Positions 28,366 through 38,347 of a stretch of DNA of 64,000 nucleotides are shown piece by piece. The number at the start of each line of letters is the position of its first letter. Positions within the stretch are counted from its first letter, which is position 1. The DNA is taken from the IMG/VR virus record IMGVR_UViG_638276472_000001, positions 14,297 through 78,296 of that record, one strand, 5' to 3'. The notes under the pieces are model-generated. The model did not search any database and had not been told where the DNA came from. It saw only the letters and a list, made by a program, of their open reading frames with translations. The translations under genes and the position numbers were made by a program. Source of the DNA: a virus. Lineage: Duplodnaviria > Caudoviricetes.

Positions 28366-28727
28366 GCGACGAACCGATCTACTATGAGTGGGAGCGCCGC
28401 ACCGATGGCCCGCCCTGGTCTGTCAGGGATTGGCAGGGACGGTGGCATGACTTCGACACCGAGGAAGATCAACTCGCCTTCATTGAGCGCGACAAGCGAA
28501 TGCTCGCAGCGGCTTCCGCAGATGCTCGTGCCGATGTGGTGGTGCAGATGACCCAGGCGTTCGAAAACCAACCGGATGTAGACTCTGGGCATGCCGAACA
28601 AGCAGTTGACCACACGGGCCAAGCTGAAGCGCAAAGAGCGGGAGCTGGGCGTCAAGGCAACCGACAATCCCGACGACGTTCGCGCCGTCTTGCAAACAGC
28701 AAGAAGGCTTCTGGCAGACGGCGATGA
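28362..28727 (+). CDS. hypothetical protein
   Basis: ATGA overlap and SD GGAGA. Overlaps the next gene by 137 bp. Confidence 0.55.
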   Translation: MSDEPIYYEWERRTDGPPWSVRDWQGRWHDFDTEEDQLAFIERDKRMLAAASADARADVVVQMTQAFENQPDVDSGHAEQAVDHTGQAEAQRAGAGRQGNRQSRRRSRRLANSKKASGRRR

Positions 28728-29028
28728 GCTTCTGAAAGACGGGTGGCAGGAAGTCCGTTCACGTGGCAAGCCGACCGTCTACTCTGTCGATGGCGCGGTG
28801 CGTAAGGCTCTCGACCTGGCCCACCCGCACAACCGGGACAAGACCTGGTGGGCTGTGAAGTATGCGCTGGAAAACGCGATTCACGAACACTTCCCCGACC
28901 GGAGTGGGATACTCCACTTCAACAGCCACCCTGATACGACCCTTGCCGAGGCTATCACTGTCTTCGACAGCGCCATTAAGGCAATGGGCCGCATCCAGGT
29001 GGCCGTGAGCAAAGCGAAAGGACGATGA
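28591..29028 (+). CDS. hypothetical protein (DUF6197-like)
   Basis: ILHFNSHPDTTLAEAITVFDSAI C-terminal motif. Confidence 0.65.
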   Translation: MPNKQLTTRAKLKRKERELGVKATDNPDDVRAVLQTARRLLADGDELLKDGWQEVRSRGKPTVYSVDGAVRKALDLAHPHNRDKTWWAVKYALENAIHEHFPDRSGILHFNSHPDTTLAEAITVFDSAIKAMGRIQVAVSKAKGR

Positions 29029-29660
29029 TGCGTTCAAGTGACAACTGTGCAGACCTTCTCACCGCATTGGCGAAGGCGCGCACAGAGATTGGTCCCGTCG
29101 AGAAGAGCGCTCAGAACCCGTTCTTCAACTCGTCGTACATGACGCTGGACGACATCATGGACGCGGTTCAGCCGGTGTTGGCGAAGAACGGTCTGTCAGT
29201 GTCACAGTGGCCGGATCAGTCGGTGAACGGTGAGCCTGCGCTGACAACCCTTCTCTTCCATGAGCCTTCGGGTCAGTACGTTCAGGCGACGGCAACGCTG
29301 GTGCTGGGCAAGAAGGACCCCCAGGCTGAGGGTTCGGCGATCACCTACCTTCGTCGCTACGCCTATGTGTCGATTCTGGGCATCAAGGGTGTGGAGCCTG
29401 ACGACGACGGCAACTATGCGTCCCAGTCGGACAAGAAGGTGACCCGCACCGGCAAGGTGGCTGACGAGTCGAATGCGTCGGCTGAGGTGACCCGTCTCCG
29501 TAAGGAATTGGAGGTCGCCGCGAAGGCTGCCGGGTTGACGAGCGCAGCTCTGGCCAAGGGTTACCATGATCGGTACGGCGCGGATTACAAGCGGGACAAC
29601 GATGAGACGCATCTTGCCGCTGCCCTGACTGAGATGCAGTTGAGGGTTAAGAGTGAGTGA
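29025..29660 (+). CDS. erf: ERF family ssDNA-annealing recombinase
   Basis: KSAQNPFFNSSYMTLDDI and PQAEGSAITYLRRY...DDDGN signatures. Confidence 0.93.
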   Translation: MMRSSDNCADLLTALAKARTEIGPVEKSAQNPFFNSSYMTLDDIMDAVQPVLAKNGLSVSQWPDQSVNGEPALTTLLFHEPSGQYVQATATLVLGKKDPQAEGSAITYLRRYAYVSILGIKGVEPDDDGNYASQSDKKVTRTGKVADESNASAEVTRLRKELEVAAKAAGLTSAALAKGYHDRYGADYKRDNDETHLAAALTEMQLRVKSE

Positions 29661-29997
29661 CATGCCTGTCGATAAGATGCCGTCCTGGCTCCCAGATCGC
29701 ATCGCTGAGTATTTGAATAACTTTCTGGAGGAGCACCATCCGGTTTACGCCCCGACGTTGGGAAAGTTGGATGATGAAGGTTACTTCGAGGTCGTCGCCG
29801 AACAGGACGAGGGCACGTCGCGGTGGTCGCGGTACTACACGCTGGTCATCATGGGTCCGTATGGTTCACTGTGGGGCGTGGACTGCGAGGAGGGCCTGAC
29901 GGAGTATCAGGACGTGGAAGAATGGAAGCTTTCTGATCCGTATCCCGTTGTGGCAGTTCCGGTTACGACCGTGACATACAAGAAAAAGGAAGCCTGA
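29653..29997 (+). CDS. hypothetical protein
   Basis: SRWS...GLTEYQD motif, a common phage family. Confidence 0.75.
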   Translation: MSDMPVDKMPSWLPDRIAEYLNNFLEEHHPVYAPTLGKLDDEGYFEVVAEQDEGTSRWSRYYTLVIMGPYGSLWGVDCEEGLTEYQDVEEWKLSDPYPVVAVPVTTVTYKKKEA

Positions 29998-30200
29998 TGC
30001 TCTACCTTCTAGGGCTGCTGGGGTTGCACCGCGTGAAGATCGTCTACAAGTCGGGCCACGTCGAGAAGTTCTTTGCGCACGAGTTCGAGTGGAAGCGTAA
30101 TGGGTCTAACGTCTCTGCTACGTGGAAGTCTGTCGCATTGTGCAAGCGTCCCATGGATCTTCATCTTGATGAGATCGAGTCCGTCTGGCAGCTTTGGTGA
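29997..30200 (+). CDS. hypothetical protein
   Basis: 67 aa, TGATG overlap. Confidence 0.7.
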   Translation: MLYLLGLLGLHRVKIVYKSGHVEKFFAHEFEWKRNGSNVSATWKSVALCKRPMDLHLDEIESVWQLW

Positions 30201-30226
30201 AAAACGATGCGTGTTAGGGTATTTCC

Positions 30227-31132
30227 ATGACCGACTACAACATCCCGCGCGAGGACAACAAATGGCGTCGTCCTCTGCTGTATCCCCCGAACGGGGATAA
30301 GCGGGTTGCGTATTCGCGTCCATCCACACTGGCCAAGGACATTGATTCCAAGGATGGTCTAATCCCTTGGGAGCAAACGATGGTCGCCATGGGCTTGGCG
30401 AAGTCGAAGTATCTCTACAATCGAGTGCAGGGCATCTTGGCGCGTGGTGGCAGTTGGGATACCGACAAGGCCGAGTTCAAGTCCATCATGGATGACGCGA
30501 AGAACGCGGCACAGTGGAAGGCCCAGGCGGATCGTGGCACGTCAATTCACGACCTGACCGACGCTGCGGAGCGAGGCATCCTCGACTGGCGTTACGTGGA
30601 TGATGATCTGAAGCCGGTGATCGAATCCTACATGGAGGACATCGTTCCGCACTTCACTTATCTGGCTACGGAATGCTTTGTGGCTATTGACAAGCCGATT
30701 GAAATCCCGGGTAAGCGCAAGTCGGTTCTTCGCGCGGCGGGTTCGGTGGACAGGGTGTGTGAGTTCGATGGCAAGCGATACATTGTCGATGTCAAGTCCG
30801 GTCGGGACGATATGTTCCGGACTTCTGTCTGTGGTCAGCTCTACCTCTATTCGCGTGGCTGGCTTTACCGTGACGATCTCGTTCACGCGAATTCCGAAAT
30901 CACCTGGGCGGACTGGAGATACGATGGGGTCAACCCGTCGGCGCGCGCGGAACTTGGCGTTGAGCAGGATCGAGCTATCATGCTTCAGGCACCCAAGGTG
31001 CCCGACCGCGATGGCACTTGGCGCTGGAAGACCTTTTGGATTCCGCTTGATCGTGGCGAACAGGTGATCATGGCGGGCCAGTACATGCGGAAGGCGCGCT
31101 ACATCCCCGAGTTCAAGCGAGTGGAGTTCTGA
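30227..31132 (+). CDS. PD-(D/E)XK exonuclease (RecE/Cas4-like)
   Basis: RGTSIH, AGSVDRV, IVDVKSG and QLYLY motifs, near ERF. Confidence 0.88.
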   Translation: MTDYNIPREDNKWRRPLLYPPNGDKRVAYSRPSTLAKDIDSKDGLIPWEQTMVAMGLAKSKYLYNRVQGILARGGSWDTDKAEFKSIMDDAKNAAQWKAQADRGTSIHDLTDAAERGILDWRYVDDDLKPVIESYMEDIVPHFTYLATECFVAIDKPIEIPGKRKSVLRAAGSVDRVCEFDGKRYIVDVKSGRDDMFRTSVCGQLYLYSRGWLYRDDLVHANSEITWADWRYDGVNPSARAELGVEQDRAIMLQAPKVPDRDGTWRWKTFWIPLDRGEQVIMAGQYMRKARYIPEFKRVEF

Positions 31133-31689
31133 TGCCTCAGGGTGGCGTGTACGGTGATGACTACCGGCCTACTTACCAACTTATCGTCTCCGGTGAGTTG
31201 AACGCAGAGAGCGTGGACTTTTATCTCGCAACGCTTTTCGAGTGGGACCAGGAAGACCCCGAAGCGACATGGAAGATCCTCATCAACTGTCCCGGTGGTG
31301 AAACTGAGTCTGGCACAGCGCTTTACGAGGAGCTGTGTGCCTACTCCCGACGCGGGGGCGGAACCCACGAGATCGTGACGGTGGCTGCCGGTCAGTGCGC
31401 ATCCATGGCGACGTTGCTGATGCAGGCTGGCGACTGGCGGGTCTCTGGTGAGGCTACCACCTGGCTTTTCCATATGCCCGAGACGGGCGTGGGGGAGACG
31501 ATGCAGACCATGGCAGACGCTGCGGCTGATCTGGATCATCTGAAGAAGTGGATGAAGATCACCGACGCAATGCTGTTGGAGCGTACCAATTTGACCCCCG
31601 ACTGCTATTACAAGCAGATCACGGGAGGTATGTGGCTTTTGACCGGCCATGCTGCCAAGACATACGGCTTCGTGGACGAGGTGCGATGA
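31132..31689 (+). CDS. ClpP-like protease
   Basis: INCPGG, CASMA (catalytic Ser), FHMP (His), and AKTYGFVDEV. Confidence 0.9.
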   Translation: MPQGGVYGDDYRPTYQLIVSGELNAESVDFYLATLFEWDQEDPEATWKILINCPGGETESGTALYEELCAYSRRGGGTHEIVTVAAGQCASMATLLMQAGDWRVSGEATTWLFHMPETGVGETMQTMADAAADLDHLKKWMKITDAMLLERTNLTPDCYYKQITGGMWLLTGHAAKTYGFVDEVR

Positions 31690-31759
31690 TGAAAGTCGTT
31701 GTGACATAACGATGTTCCGAAGAAGTATGAATCAAAGAAAGCGAACGAAAGGTGCAATC

Positions 31760-32002
31760 ATGGCTGAGATCGATTACACGGACGACAACTTGAACATCTA
31801 CCTCGCGGATACCGAGTACGTCCAGAACACTGAGCAGTTGATGGAAGCTCTCACGGGTTCGGCGGTCGGTATCGTGCTCTCCCACATCGCGGAGAAGCTG
31901 GGTGTGGATGTGGCTCTGAACCTGTACGGCAGCATCCCGCACGACCGGATTGTGAACCGTGCCCACCAGGCGGCTGAGGCGCAGCGCGTCCGCTTCTCGT
32001 GA
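31760..32002 (+). CDS. hypothetical protein
   Basis: SD GAAAGG before ATG. Confidence 0.75.
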   Translation: MAEIDYTDDNLNIYLADTEYVQNTEQLMEALTGSAVGIVLSHIAEKLGVDVALNLYGSIPHDRIVNRAHQAAEAQRVRFS

Positions 32003-32292
32003 TGGAATACGAGTTTCCCAAGCAGTACCGCGTCAGGTCGATTCCTATCGCGGCGATGCAGTGGCGGGGTACCAACCTCACGTCTCTTCGGGCGTGGGGT
32101 GCCCCTGTCATTATGGATGGGGATACCGGCAAGCTGTCGCTGTTCGACCAGACGGGCGAGTGGGTTGAGCTTTCGCTGAGGGATTACGTCATCAAGACGA
32201 ATTCCGGTTGGGCCAAGCTGAATTGGCTCACATTTGAAGAAACGTACCAAGAGGTCACTGATGCCGATTTTGACACCCCAGAACATCGTTGA
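31999..32292 (+). CDS. hypothetical protein
   Basis: AMQWRGTN...DYVIK...FEETY phage family. Confidence 0.75.
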   Translation: MMEYEFPKQYRVRSIPIAAMQWRGTNLTSLRAWGAPVIMDGDTGKLSLFDQTGEWVELSLRDYVIKTNSGWAKLNWLTFEETYQEVTDADFDTPEHR

Positions 32293-32644
32293 CGCCCTAC
32301 ACAAGGCGGACAAGGAACTGGATGAGCTTGTGACGCAGTTCGTTTGGTTCAAGGCCCAGAAGGAATGGTGGGAAGGCCAGCTTGAGTACAAGCTCGCCCG
32401 ATCTAAGGTGCTGGACACTGGCGCTGCCACCAAGTCCAAGGAGGCCGCGATCAAGTGGGTGCGCGAGAACGAGATCGTCAAGGTGTCGTGGCTCGGTGAC
32501 ATGCTCATGTCTCTGCATGACTTCGTGCAGTACTGTTCGACCAGTTTCGACCTGATTGCCAAGAAGTACAACGCTTTAGAGACGCACATCATGATCTTGA
32601 CGGTCGTGAACAAGAATGTGATGCAGGACTACACGAGGAGCTGA
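32261..32644 (+). CDS. hypothetical coiled-coil protein
   Basis: SD GAGG, helical ORF. Confidence 0.7.
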   Translation: MPILTPQNIVDALHKADKELDELVTQFVWFKAQKEWWEGQLEYKLARSKVLDTGAATKSKEAAIKWVRENEIVKVSWLGDMLMSLHDFVQYCSTSFDLIAKKYNALETHIMILTVVNKNVMQDYTRS

Positions 32645-32650
32645 TGGCTA

Positions 32651-33052
32651 ATGAGCCTGTGGAGTAAGTTCCATGACTTCATGGAGCATGGTCGCCCCGT
32701 TCCCCCACCTGCCGCGCCACCTCCCGGTCCTGGATTTGTCCCGCAACAATTCTCGCTGTATGTGCCGTTCTGGCTGCAAGAGAATGTGCGGATCACGATG
32801 CGGATGCTTGGCCAGAACAGCCAGGTCTCACCGGAGATGCGCGAGTACGTCAACGCGTGGCTGGATGAGTATGACGCCCAGCTCATGGAATGGCTCAAGG
32901 AGTCGTACGGAGAAGGCGTTGGGGCACTTGCTGATACGATCACCAGGGATGTGTTCGAGCAGCAGAAGAAGGCTGCCGACGAGGGGATGCAGGCGCATGT
33001 GGACGAGGCCATTCAGAACCTCGAAGAGCAGTTCAGGGACGACGATGAATGA
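32651..33052 (+). CDS. hypothetical protein
   Basis: 133 aa with a Pro-rich N-terminus. Confidence 0.75.
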   Translation: MSLWSKFHDFMEHGRPVPPPAAPPPGPGFVPQQFSLYVPFWLQENVRITMRMLGQNSQVSPEMREYVNAWLDEYDAQLMEWLKESYGEGVGALADTITRDVFEQQKKAADEGMQAHVDEAIQNLEEQFRDDDE

Positions 33053-33497
33053 CCCGCTGATTCCGCTCTCGATTTCCGAGATTGTTTACGTCGCACTGTC
33101 TGTAGCGCAACAGTCCTCAAACTTGGACGACCGTACCAAAGAGAACATTGGGCTGATCCTGACCTCATACCGCACGAAGCGGGACACCTATCTGACATCT
33201 CGGGGCATTTCCGCCGAGGATATTTCCGAAATCACTGCCGCCGCTGCGGAAGCCATGGCGAACTGGTTGGATGACCGTGCGCTCAAGGCCGATCTGGCTG
33301 AGGGCATCATGGACGAATTCGAAAGGGACTTCAGTGAATCCCAAGCGCAAGATCGTAATCAAGGTGCCACGTCACGTCGGCGAGAAGAGGTCGAAGGTGA
33401 CGACGGCGATTGGGGACCTGACGACATCGCCCCCCCAGGTGGTGGATGGGACCCTGGTGGCGGGGCGGCTGATCCTGGTGGCCAGGGGAATTCCTGA
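33045..33497 (+). CDS. hypothetical protein
   Basis: MNDPLIPLS..., coupled start, acidic low-complexity tail. Confidence 0.65.
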   Translation: MNDPLIPLSISEIVYVALSVAQQSSNLDDRTKENIGLILTSYRTKRDTYLTSRGISAEDISEITAAAAEAMANWLDDRALKADLAEGIMDEFERDFSESQAQDRNQGATSRRREEVEGDDGDWGPDDIAPPGGGWDPGGGAADPGGQGNS

Positions 33498-33720
33498 TCG
33501 AGAGGTCAGGGAGTTCAGGGGGACTAAGGCGTACAAGGAAGACGGGAAGCTGCATGTCTACTACGAAAACGAATGGGTCACTTATGAACTCATTCCGAAC
33601 CCGGTTGTCTGGTCGGACGGGCCTCCCCATCCTGACCATCTTCAGCTTGCTCGCAGGCTGGATTGCAGTGTGGGCGTACAGGAACCGCGAGAACCTGATG
33701 ATCTACCTGGTGTCGAGTAG
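33334..33720 (+). CDS. hypothetical protein
   Basis: GTG start after GAAAGGGA, overlapping the previous gene by 164 bp. Confidence 0.55.
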   Translation: MNPKRKIVIKVPRHVGEKRSKVTTAIGDLTTSPPQVVDGTLVAGRLILVARGIPDREVREFRGTKAYKEDGKLHVYYENEWVTYELIPNPVVWSDGPPHPDHLQLARRLDCSVGVQEPREPDDLPGVE

Positions 33721-34111
33721 GTGCCGGGGATGCGACTTCGAAACCATCGCAGAACATCGCCACGCCAACGTCCTGGGCAGATTCTTGTACGTGTGGCGCT
33801 ACAACCTGTGGGACCGCGTGTTCCCCGACAAGCGTCCTGTCCCGACGCCTGACCCCGGTTGGTGGATCGAGTATGAGAATGCTTGGGTTAATCAGTTTTC
33901 TAGGGAAGACAAGGCGCACATGGGGTCGTGGGTCCGCGCCAAGCAGGGGTACTGGGTTTGGGTTACGGATACCCCGCAGTTTGACCGAGACTTCTTTGAC
34001 GCACACGGATTCAAGTTCCCGCCGAAGTGGATCACCCAAGCAATGAGGGACTTCTACTATATCGGTGCTGATGATCTGTCAGTCATCGTCAATTTTGAAC
34101 CGGGAGGATAG
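33698..34111 (+). CDS. hypothetical protein
   Basis: MIYLVSSRCRGC..., Trp-rich. Confidence 0.65.
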   Translation: MIYLVSSRCRGCDFETIAEHRHANVLGRFLYVWRYNLWDRVFPDKRPVPTPDPGWWIEYENAWVNQFSREDKAHMGSWVRAKQGYWVWVTDTPQFDRDFFDAHGFKFPPKWITQAMRDFYYIGADDLSVIVNFEPGG

Positions 34112-34114
34112 ATC

Positions 34115-34351
34115 ATGGCACTGGAAGATGAAGCCAAGTTCATGGACGACAGCTTCGCTGTATGTGGTCGAATGACTGGACCATTCGGGGATGAGATCGT
34201 TCGGATCACGCTGGAGTGGGAGAAGGACCCGCGCAACGCGGTGACCTGCCTGGCCAGGGTTGCTGAAAACTCGCAGATATTGGCCGCATTATTCAGCGAG
34301 TCAACGGAATTGGCGAAGGAATATGAAGCGGGGCAAGAAGAGCGCGAATGA
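34115..34351 (+). CDS. hypothetical protein
   Basis: SD GGAGG. Confidence 0.75.
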   Translation: MALEDEAKFMDDSFAVCGRMTGPFGDEIVRITLEWEKDPRNAVTCLARVAENSQILAALFSESTELAKEYEAGQEERE

Positions 34352-34688
34352 ACGTGCAGCCCGAAACCGCTGCATCCCCGTTGTTTACGCGCGTTCACGA
34401 GGTATCTGTGAGCGATGTGGACGACGAGAAGGGGAGTCCTACCACCATCGTGTCAATCGATCCCAGGGCGGCTGGTGGACTGTCGACAACATTGTTCATC
34501 TCTGCGGAGACGGGGTGCGTGGTTGTCACGGGTGGGTCACCGAGCATCCGAGTGCCGCCGCTGACGAGGGGTTCCACGTAAAGCGTTGGGAGGACCCGGC
34601 TTCCGTCCCGATCCTCCTACACGGTGCCCAGAGGGTGCTACTGAGAAATGACGGGACTTATCATTACATGGAAGAGATTGAGGAGTAG
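34323..34688 (+). CDS. HNH endonuclease
   Basis: CERC...[10 protein letters not shown]...NIVHLC...CHGW. Confidence 0.88.
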   Translation: MKRGKKSANERAARNRCIPVVYARSRGICERCGRREGESYHHRVNRSQGGWWTVDNIVHLCGDGVRGCHGWVTEHPSAAADEGFHVKRWEDPASVPILLHGAQRVLLRNDGTYHYMEEIEE

Positions 34689-34690
34689 CA

Positions 34691-35080
34691 ATGCCTGCAC
34701 CGAGTGTAACTGTCGTCGGTAATCTGACCGCCGACCCCGAGCTGCGATTCACCCCGAGTGGCGCGGCTGTCGCAAACTTCACGGTCGTGTCCAATGACCG
34801 TTTCCTCAAGGATGGGGAGTGGCAGGATAAGGACCCCGTGTTCCTCCGCTGCAACGTGTGGCGTGAGTACGCTGAGAACGTCGCTGAGTCGCTGACACGC
34901 GGCACCACCGTGATCGTCACCGGCAAGCTCTCGCAGCGGAACTTCGAGGACCGCGAGGGGAACAAGCGCACCGTCGTGGAGCTGGAGGTCGATGAGATCG
35001 GACCCGCTCTGCGTTTCGCCACGGCGAAGGTGAGCAAGGCCGGTAAGCGAGAGGCAGCCGCTTCCAGCAGCGGTTGGTGA
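34691..35080 (+). CDS. ssb: single-stranded DNA-binding protein
   Basis: [25 protein letters not shown], actinobacterial SSB type. Confidence 0.97.
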   Translation: MPAPSVTVVGNLTADPELRFTPSGAAVANFTVVSNDRFLKDGEWQDKDPVFLRCNVWREYAENVAESLTRGTTVIVTGKLSQRNFEDREGNKRTVVELEVDEIGPALRFATAKVSKAGKREAAASSSGW

Positions 35081-35092
35081 GTAGGAGGATAG

Positions 35093-35584
35093 ATGGGAAT
35101 CACAGCCCAGCGCAATAAGTTTCGTGCCGCGTTCGATGCCTTCTGGGCGGAGTATCCGAAGCACAGCAAGATTGACGAGGCTGAGGTTGCCTTCTATCGG
35201 GTCTGCGAAAAGGGAACTGACCCAGCGGAATTGGTGCTGAAGGCACGGGCGTACGCCAAGACGGTTGATCCGGAAGACCTACGCTACGTGCCCGCACCGT
35301 CCGCTTGGCTCCGAGATGGGGCCTATGCCAATGCGGACCTGTTCACCACCGACGCGGAAGAAGAGCGCGCCTGGTTCAAGAAGCAGTGGGAGACAGCCAA
35401 TGTCACCGCTGTGGAGAATCGCTACCAGGTCACTTTCCCCAAGGCTTATCCCCCCGACGACATCACTTCGGAAGCCCAGTTCAATTTCTGGTTCCGTGAG
35501 AAGTGCCGGGAGTGGATTGCAGAAGTTTACAGGAGCAAGGTCGAGTGCCAGCCTACGACGAGCGAGCAGAGCAGTCTGTTCTAG
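35093..35584 (+). CDS. putative replication initiator/helicase loader
   Basis: FDAFWAEYPK...YVPAPSAWL motif, directly upstream of the helicase. Confidence 0.65.
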   Translation: MGITAQRNKFRAAFDAFWAEYPKHSKIDEAEVAFYRVCEKGTDPAELVLKARAYAKTVDPEDLRYVPAPSAWLRDGAYANADLFTTDAEEERAWFKKQWETANVTAVENRYQVTFPKAYPPDDITSEAQFNFWFREKCREWIAEVYRSKVECQPTTSEQSSLF

Positions 35585-36870
35585 GATCAATTCTTATCAA
35601 CCCCAAGTGCTTTGGCGAGATTGAAGGTCTCAGGTCGGAGCACTTTTTCATTCCCACTCATGGGTACATCTTCGATCTGATGCAGCGGATGCATGCTGAG
35701 GACACGGAGCTGGACGCCATCACCATCTTTGCCGAACTGGACAAGGAAGGGAAGCTCGCCAAGGTCGGCGGCGCGGGGTATCTGCACGACCTGCTGGAGG
35801 CTCCGAAGTCACCCGCCAACATCGGCTACTACGCCAAGGTGGTGATGGAGAAGTGGAAGCTCCGCACCGTCAACGACATCGGCACCAGACTCGCCTCTTT
35901 GCAGACGGACGACATTGAGGACATCCCCATCCTGTTGGAGCGTGCGCATACGTTCCTGGATGAGATTGACGCTGAGGATGATTCGGAGTCCGCTGATCTT
36001 CGTGAGCTGTATGACGGCTGGCTGGAGTGGCAGGCGGATGATCGCCCGTTCATTGAGACCCCGTTCCTCGCGGTCAACGACCTGCTGAATGGCGGTATGG
36101 TTCGTCAGCGGATGCTTGTGGTGGGTGCCCGACCCGGTTGCGGCAAGACGGTTTTCGTTTCTCAGCTTGGTTTCTATGCTGCGCTGCAACACCTTTCGGT
36201 GCTGATGTTCTCGATGGAGCTATCGAAGAACGACCTGATGTCTCGCATCATCGCCATGGCCGCGCGAGTTCCCTACAAGGAATTGAACTCTCGTCGGCTC
36301 GCTGCCGAGACCAGGGGTAAGGTCTCCCAGTGGATCAGCGCCGCGCAGAATCTCAAGTTTGAGGTGGACGACCGCGCTGACCTCACCATCGAAGAGATCA
36401 TGCAGAAGTGTCGCATCCACAAGCAGCGTCACGGACTCGATGTGGTGGTCATTGACTACATTCAGGAAGTCGAAGAGTCCAAGGGCAATTCGCGTGAGCA
36501 GGCCATCGCCTATATCGCCAAGCGTGCCCGTCAGATCGCCAAGAAGCTGGACGTGGTGGTGATCGTCGCCGCGCAGCTCAACCGAAACCTCGAAGACCCG
36601 AAGGGTAAGCCGCGTCTCCCGGTCAAGTCTGACTTCCGTGAGTCTGGTGGCATTGAGAACGTGGCTGACGTGGCCATGATTTTGTCTAGGACGGTAGACA
36701 AGGATGGGAATGAGTCGAAGATCCCGAAGATGAACCTGACCTTCGTGAAGAACCGTCAGGGTGAAGAGCGCACGATCCAACTGCTGGAGCGGTTCGATCA
36801 GCAGCGCTTCGACAACATCTTTGGTTCGACCACGGACGACATGAGGCATAATGATGAAGCTGTGGCATAA
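35545..36870 (+). CDS. dnaB: DnaB-like replicative helicase
   Basis: AEQSVLGSIL, Walker A GARPGCGKT, FSMEL, IDYIQ, AQLNR, RESGGIE and KNRQG. Confidence 0.95.
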   Translation: MPAYDERAEQSVLGSILINPKCFGEIEGLRSEHFFIPTHGYIFDLMQRMHAEDTELDAITIFAELDKEGKLAKVGGAGYLHDLLEAPKSPANIGYYAKVVMEKWKLRTVNDIGTRLASLQTDDIEDIPILLERAHTFLDEIDAEDDSESADLRELYDGWLEWQADDRPFIETPFLAVNDLLNGGMVRQRMLVVGARPGCGKTVFVSQLGFYAALQHLSVLMFSMELSKNDLMSRIIAMAARVPYKELNSRRLAAETRGKVSQWISAAQNLKFEVDDRADLTIEEIMQKCRIHKQRHGLDVVVIDYIQEVEESKGNSREQAIAYIAKRARQIAKKLDVVVIVAAQLNRNLEDPKGKPRLPVKSDFRESGGIENVADVAMILSRTVDKDGNESKIPKMNLTFVKNRQGEERTIQLLERFDQQRFDNIFGSTTDDMRHNDEAVA

Positions 36871-37192
36871 GCATGACGAGTGGACGCAGCACGCCTCGTG
36901 TTGGGGGTCTGAGGACCACACACTGCCCCCAGAACGTGTCCCCACGTGCAATCACCTTGACGAAGAATTGCACCTCCCTGTGGCCGATGTGGAGCGCGTT
37001 ACGGAGATTTGTGGTCGCTGCCGGGTGAGGCCTGAGTGCATCAAGTGGGCCACCAACCCCGATGCCCCAGCGTCGTCGGTTTGGGTTGCGGGACGGTGGA
37101 TTCCAGACAAGAAGCGTGCAGCCCGAAGGGTCCGTGAGGAATTGGTTCTCACCCTTCCGCATGAGCTAGAATCCCGTGGGGAGGATGTCTGA
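36851..37192 (+). CDS. whiB: WhiB family transcription factor
   Basis: WTQHASC...CGRCRVRPEC...VWVAG. Confidence 0.8.
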   Translation: MMKLWHKHDEWTQHASCWGSEDHTLPPERVPTCNHLDEELHLPVADVERVTEICGRCRVRPECIKWATNPDAPASSVWVAGRWIPDKKRAARRVREELVLTLPHELESRGEDV

Positions 37193-37452
37193 TGGAGATT
37201 TACGTGGTGGTGGGGTTCCGCGAGGATGGCTCTCTGGTGACTCATCTGGTGGCTGACTACTATGCCCAGCGCCGCAACATCCCTGAGGTGCGCTCGTACA
37301 CAAACCTGTCCGTTGCCAAGAGTTTTCGTACTCGCGCTGTGAACCTTCGGGACAAAGGTGACTATGCCGGTCGCCGCGCCAACCAGGAAGCTGTGGACAT
37401 TCGTATTGCCAAGATTTCCTTTGGCGCAACCGATCTGGAGTGGGTGGAATGA
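37192..37452 (+). CDS. hypothetical protein
   Basis: Coupled ORF, similar in layout to the next gene. Confidence 0.7.
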   Translation: MEIYVVVGFREDGSLVTHLVADYYAQRRNIPEVRSYTNLSVAKSFRTRAVNLRDKGDYAGRRANQEAVDIRIAKISFGATDLEWVE

Positions 37453-37685
37453 TGGATACTTACACCGTTGTTCAAGTTCAGCCGAATGCCACTGTCAGCA
37501 CTGCTAGCCGGTGGCTACAGATTCGTCCACATGTGTACGCGACACCGGGCCAGGCTCGTGCTTTCCGGACGAATGCCGCCAAGGCCAACAATCGCCGTGC
37601 GGGCTTCCGGATCGATGCGTATCGGATTCTGCACACGCACATTGACCTCATGACGTATGAGGTCACGACGGATTGGATTGACTGA
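37449..37685 (+). CDS. hypothetical protein
   Basis: Coupled ORF. Confidence 0.7.
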   Translation: MMDTYTVVQVQPNATVSTASRWLQIRPHVYATPGQARAFRTNAAKANNRRAGFRIDAYRILHTHIDLMTYEVTTDWID

Positions 37686-37945
37686 TGATTGAACTGGCGA
37701 AGATCAGGTACGGCAAGGAAAGTGAACACATGGCTGTCATTGACCTGGACCCGCACCGGGGCAACTTGTCAGTGTGGGATGCCGAGTACATGTCACCGGA
37801 TGAGTTCAAGGAACTCGCCCAGGCGATGATCCGCGCCGCGCAGGCAGCACCCGGTGTGGCCGAGGCTTGGCGGAAGCAGCAGGCTGACATCGCAGCGGCA
37901 CGAGACAGGTTCGAGTCGGAGGCGGCGAAGTTCGGTGTCGCGTAG
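37685..37945 (+). CDS. hypothetical protein
   Basis: Coupled ORF. Confidence 0.7.
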   Translation: MIELAKIRYGKESEHMAVIDLDPHRGNLSVWDAEYMSPDEFKELAQAMIRAAQAAPGVAEAWRKQQADIAAARDRFESEAAKFGVA

Positions 37946-38339
37946 TCGTGCCTCAGCTCGCCAGGCGGGCAGTGCATTTGAGACGCAGACATGCAAGACG
38001 TTCTCAGATGCGTTCCCCGAGTTGGAGATTCATCGAAGTCCACGCTGGGGAGCTAAAGATAAGGGGGACTTGACAGGTGTCAAGACCTCCCGAGTGACGC
38101 CCGTCACAATCACGTTGACGTTGCTCCCTGTGCAAGCAAGACTCGCCGTCGAGTGCAAAAACGTCCATGACCTGTCACTTCCCTCAGCACTCAAGGAAGC
38201 CAGGATAGAGGCCGAGAATGCGGGAGCGGAAGTGGGCATTGTAGTGCATAAACGCTTCGGCACGACCGACCCACTCAAGCAGATCGTCAGCATGGAAATG
38301 GGCGATTTCCTGCGCTTGCTAGGTCGCCCCCAGTCGTAA
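37935..38339 (+). CDS. Holliday junction resolvase (PD-(D/E)XK)
   Basis: SARQAGSAFE...DKGDL...VECKN...EAENAG...VVHKR. Confidence 0.85.
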   Translation: MSRSRASARQAGSAFETQTCKTFSDAFPELEIHRSPRWGAKDKGDLTGVKTSRVTPVTITLTLLPVQARLAVECKNVHDLSLPSALKEARIEAENAGAEVGIVVHKRFGTTDPLKQIVSMEMGDFLRLLGRPQS

Positions 38340-38347
38340 GGACCTGT

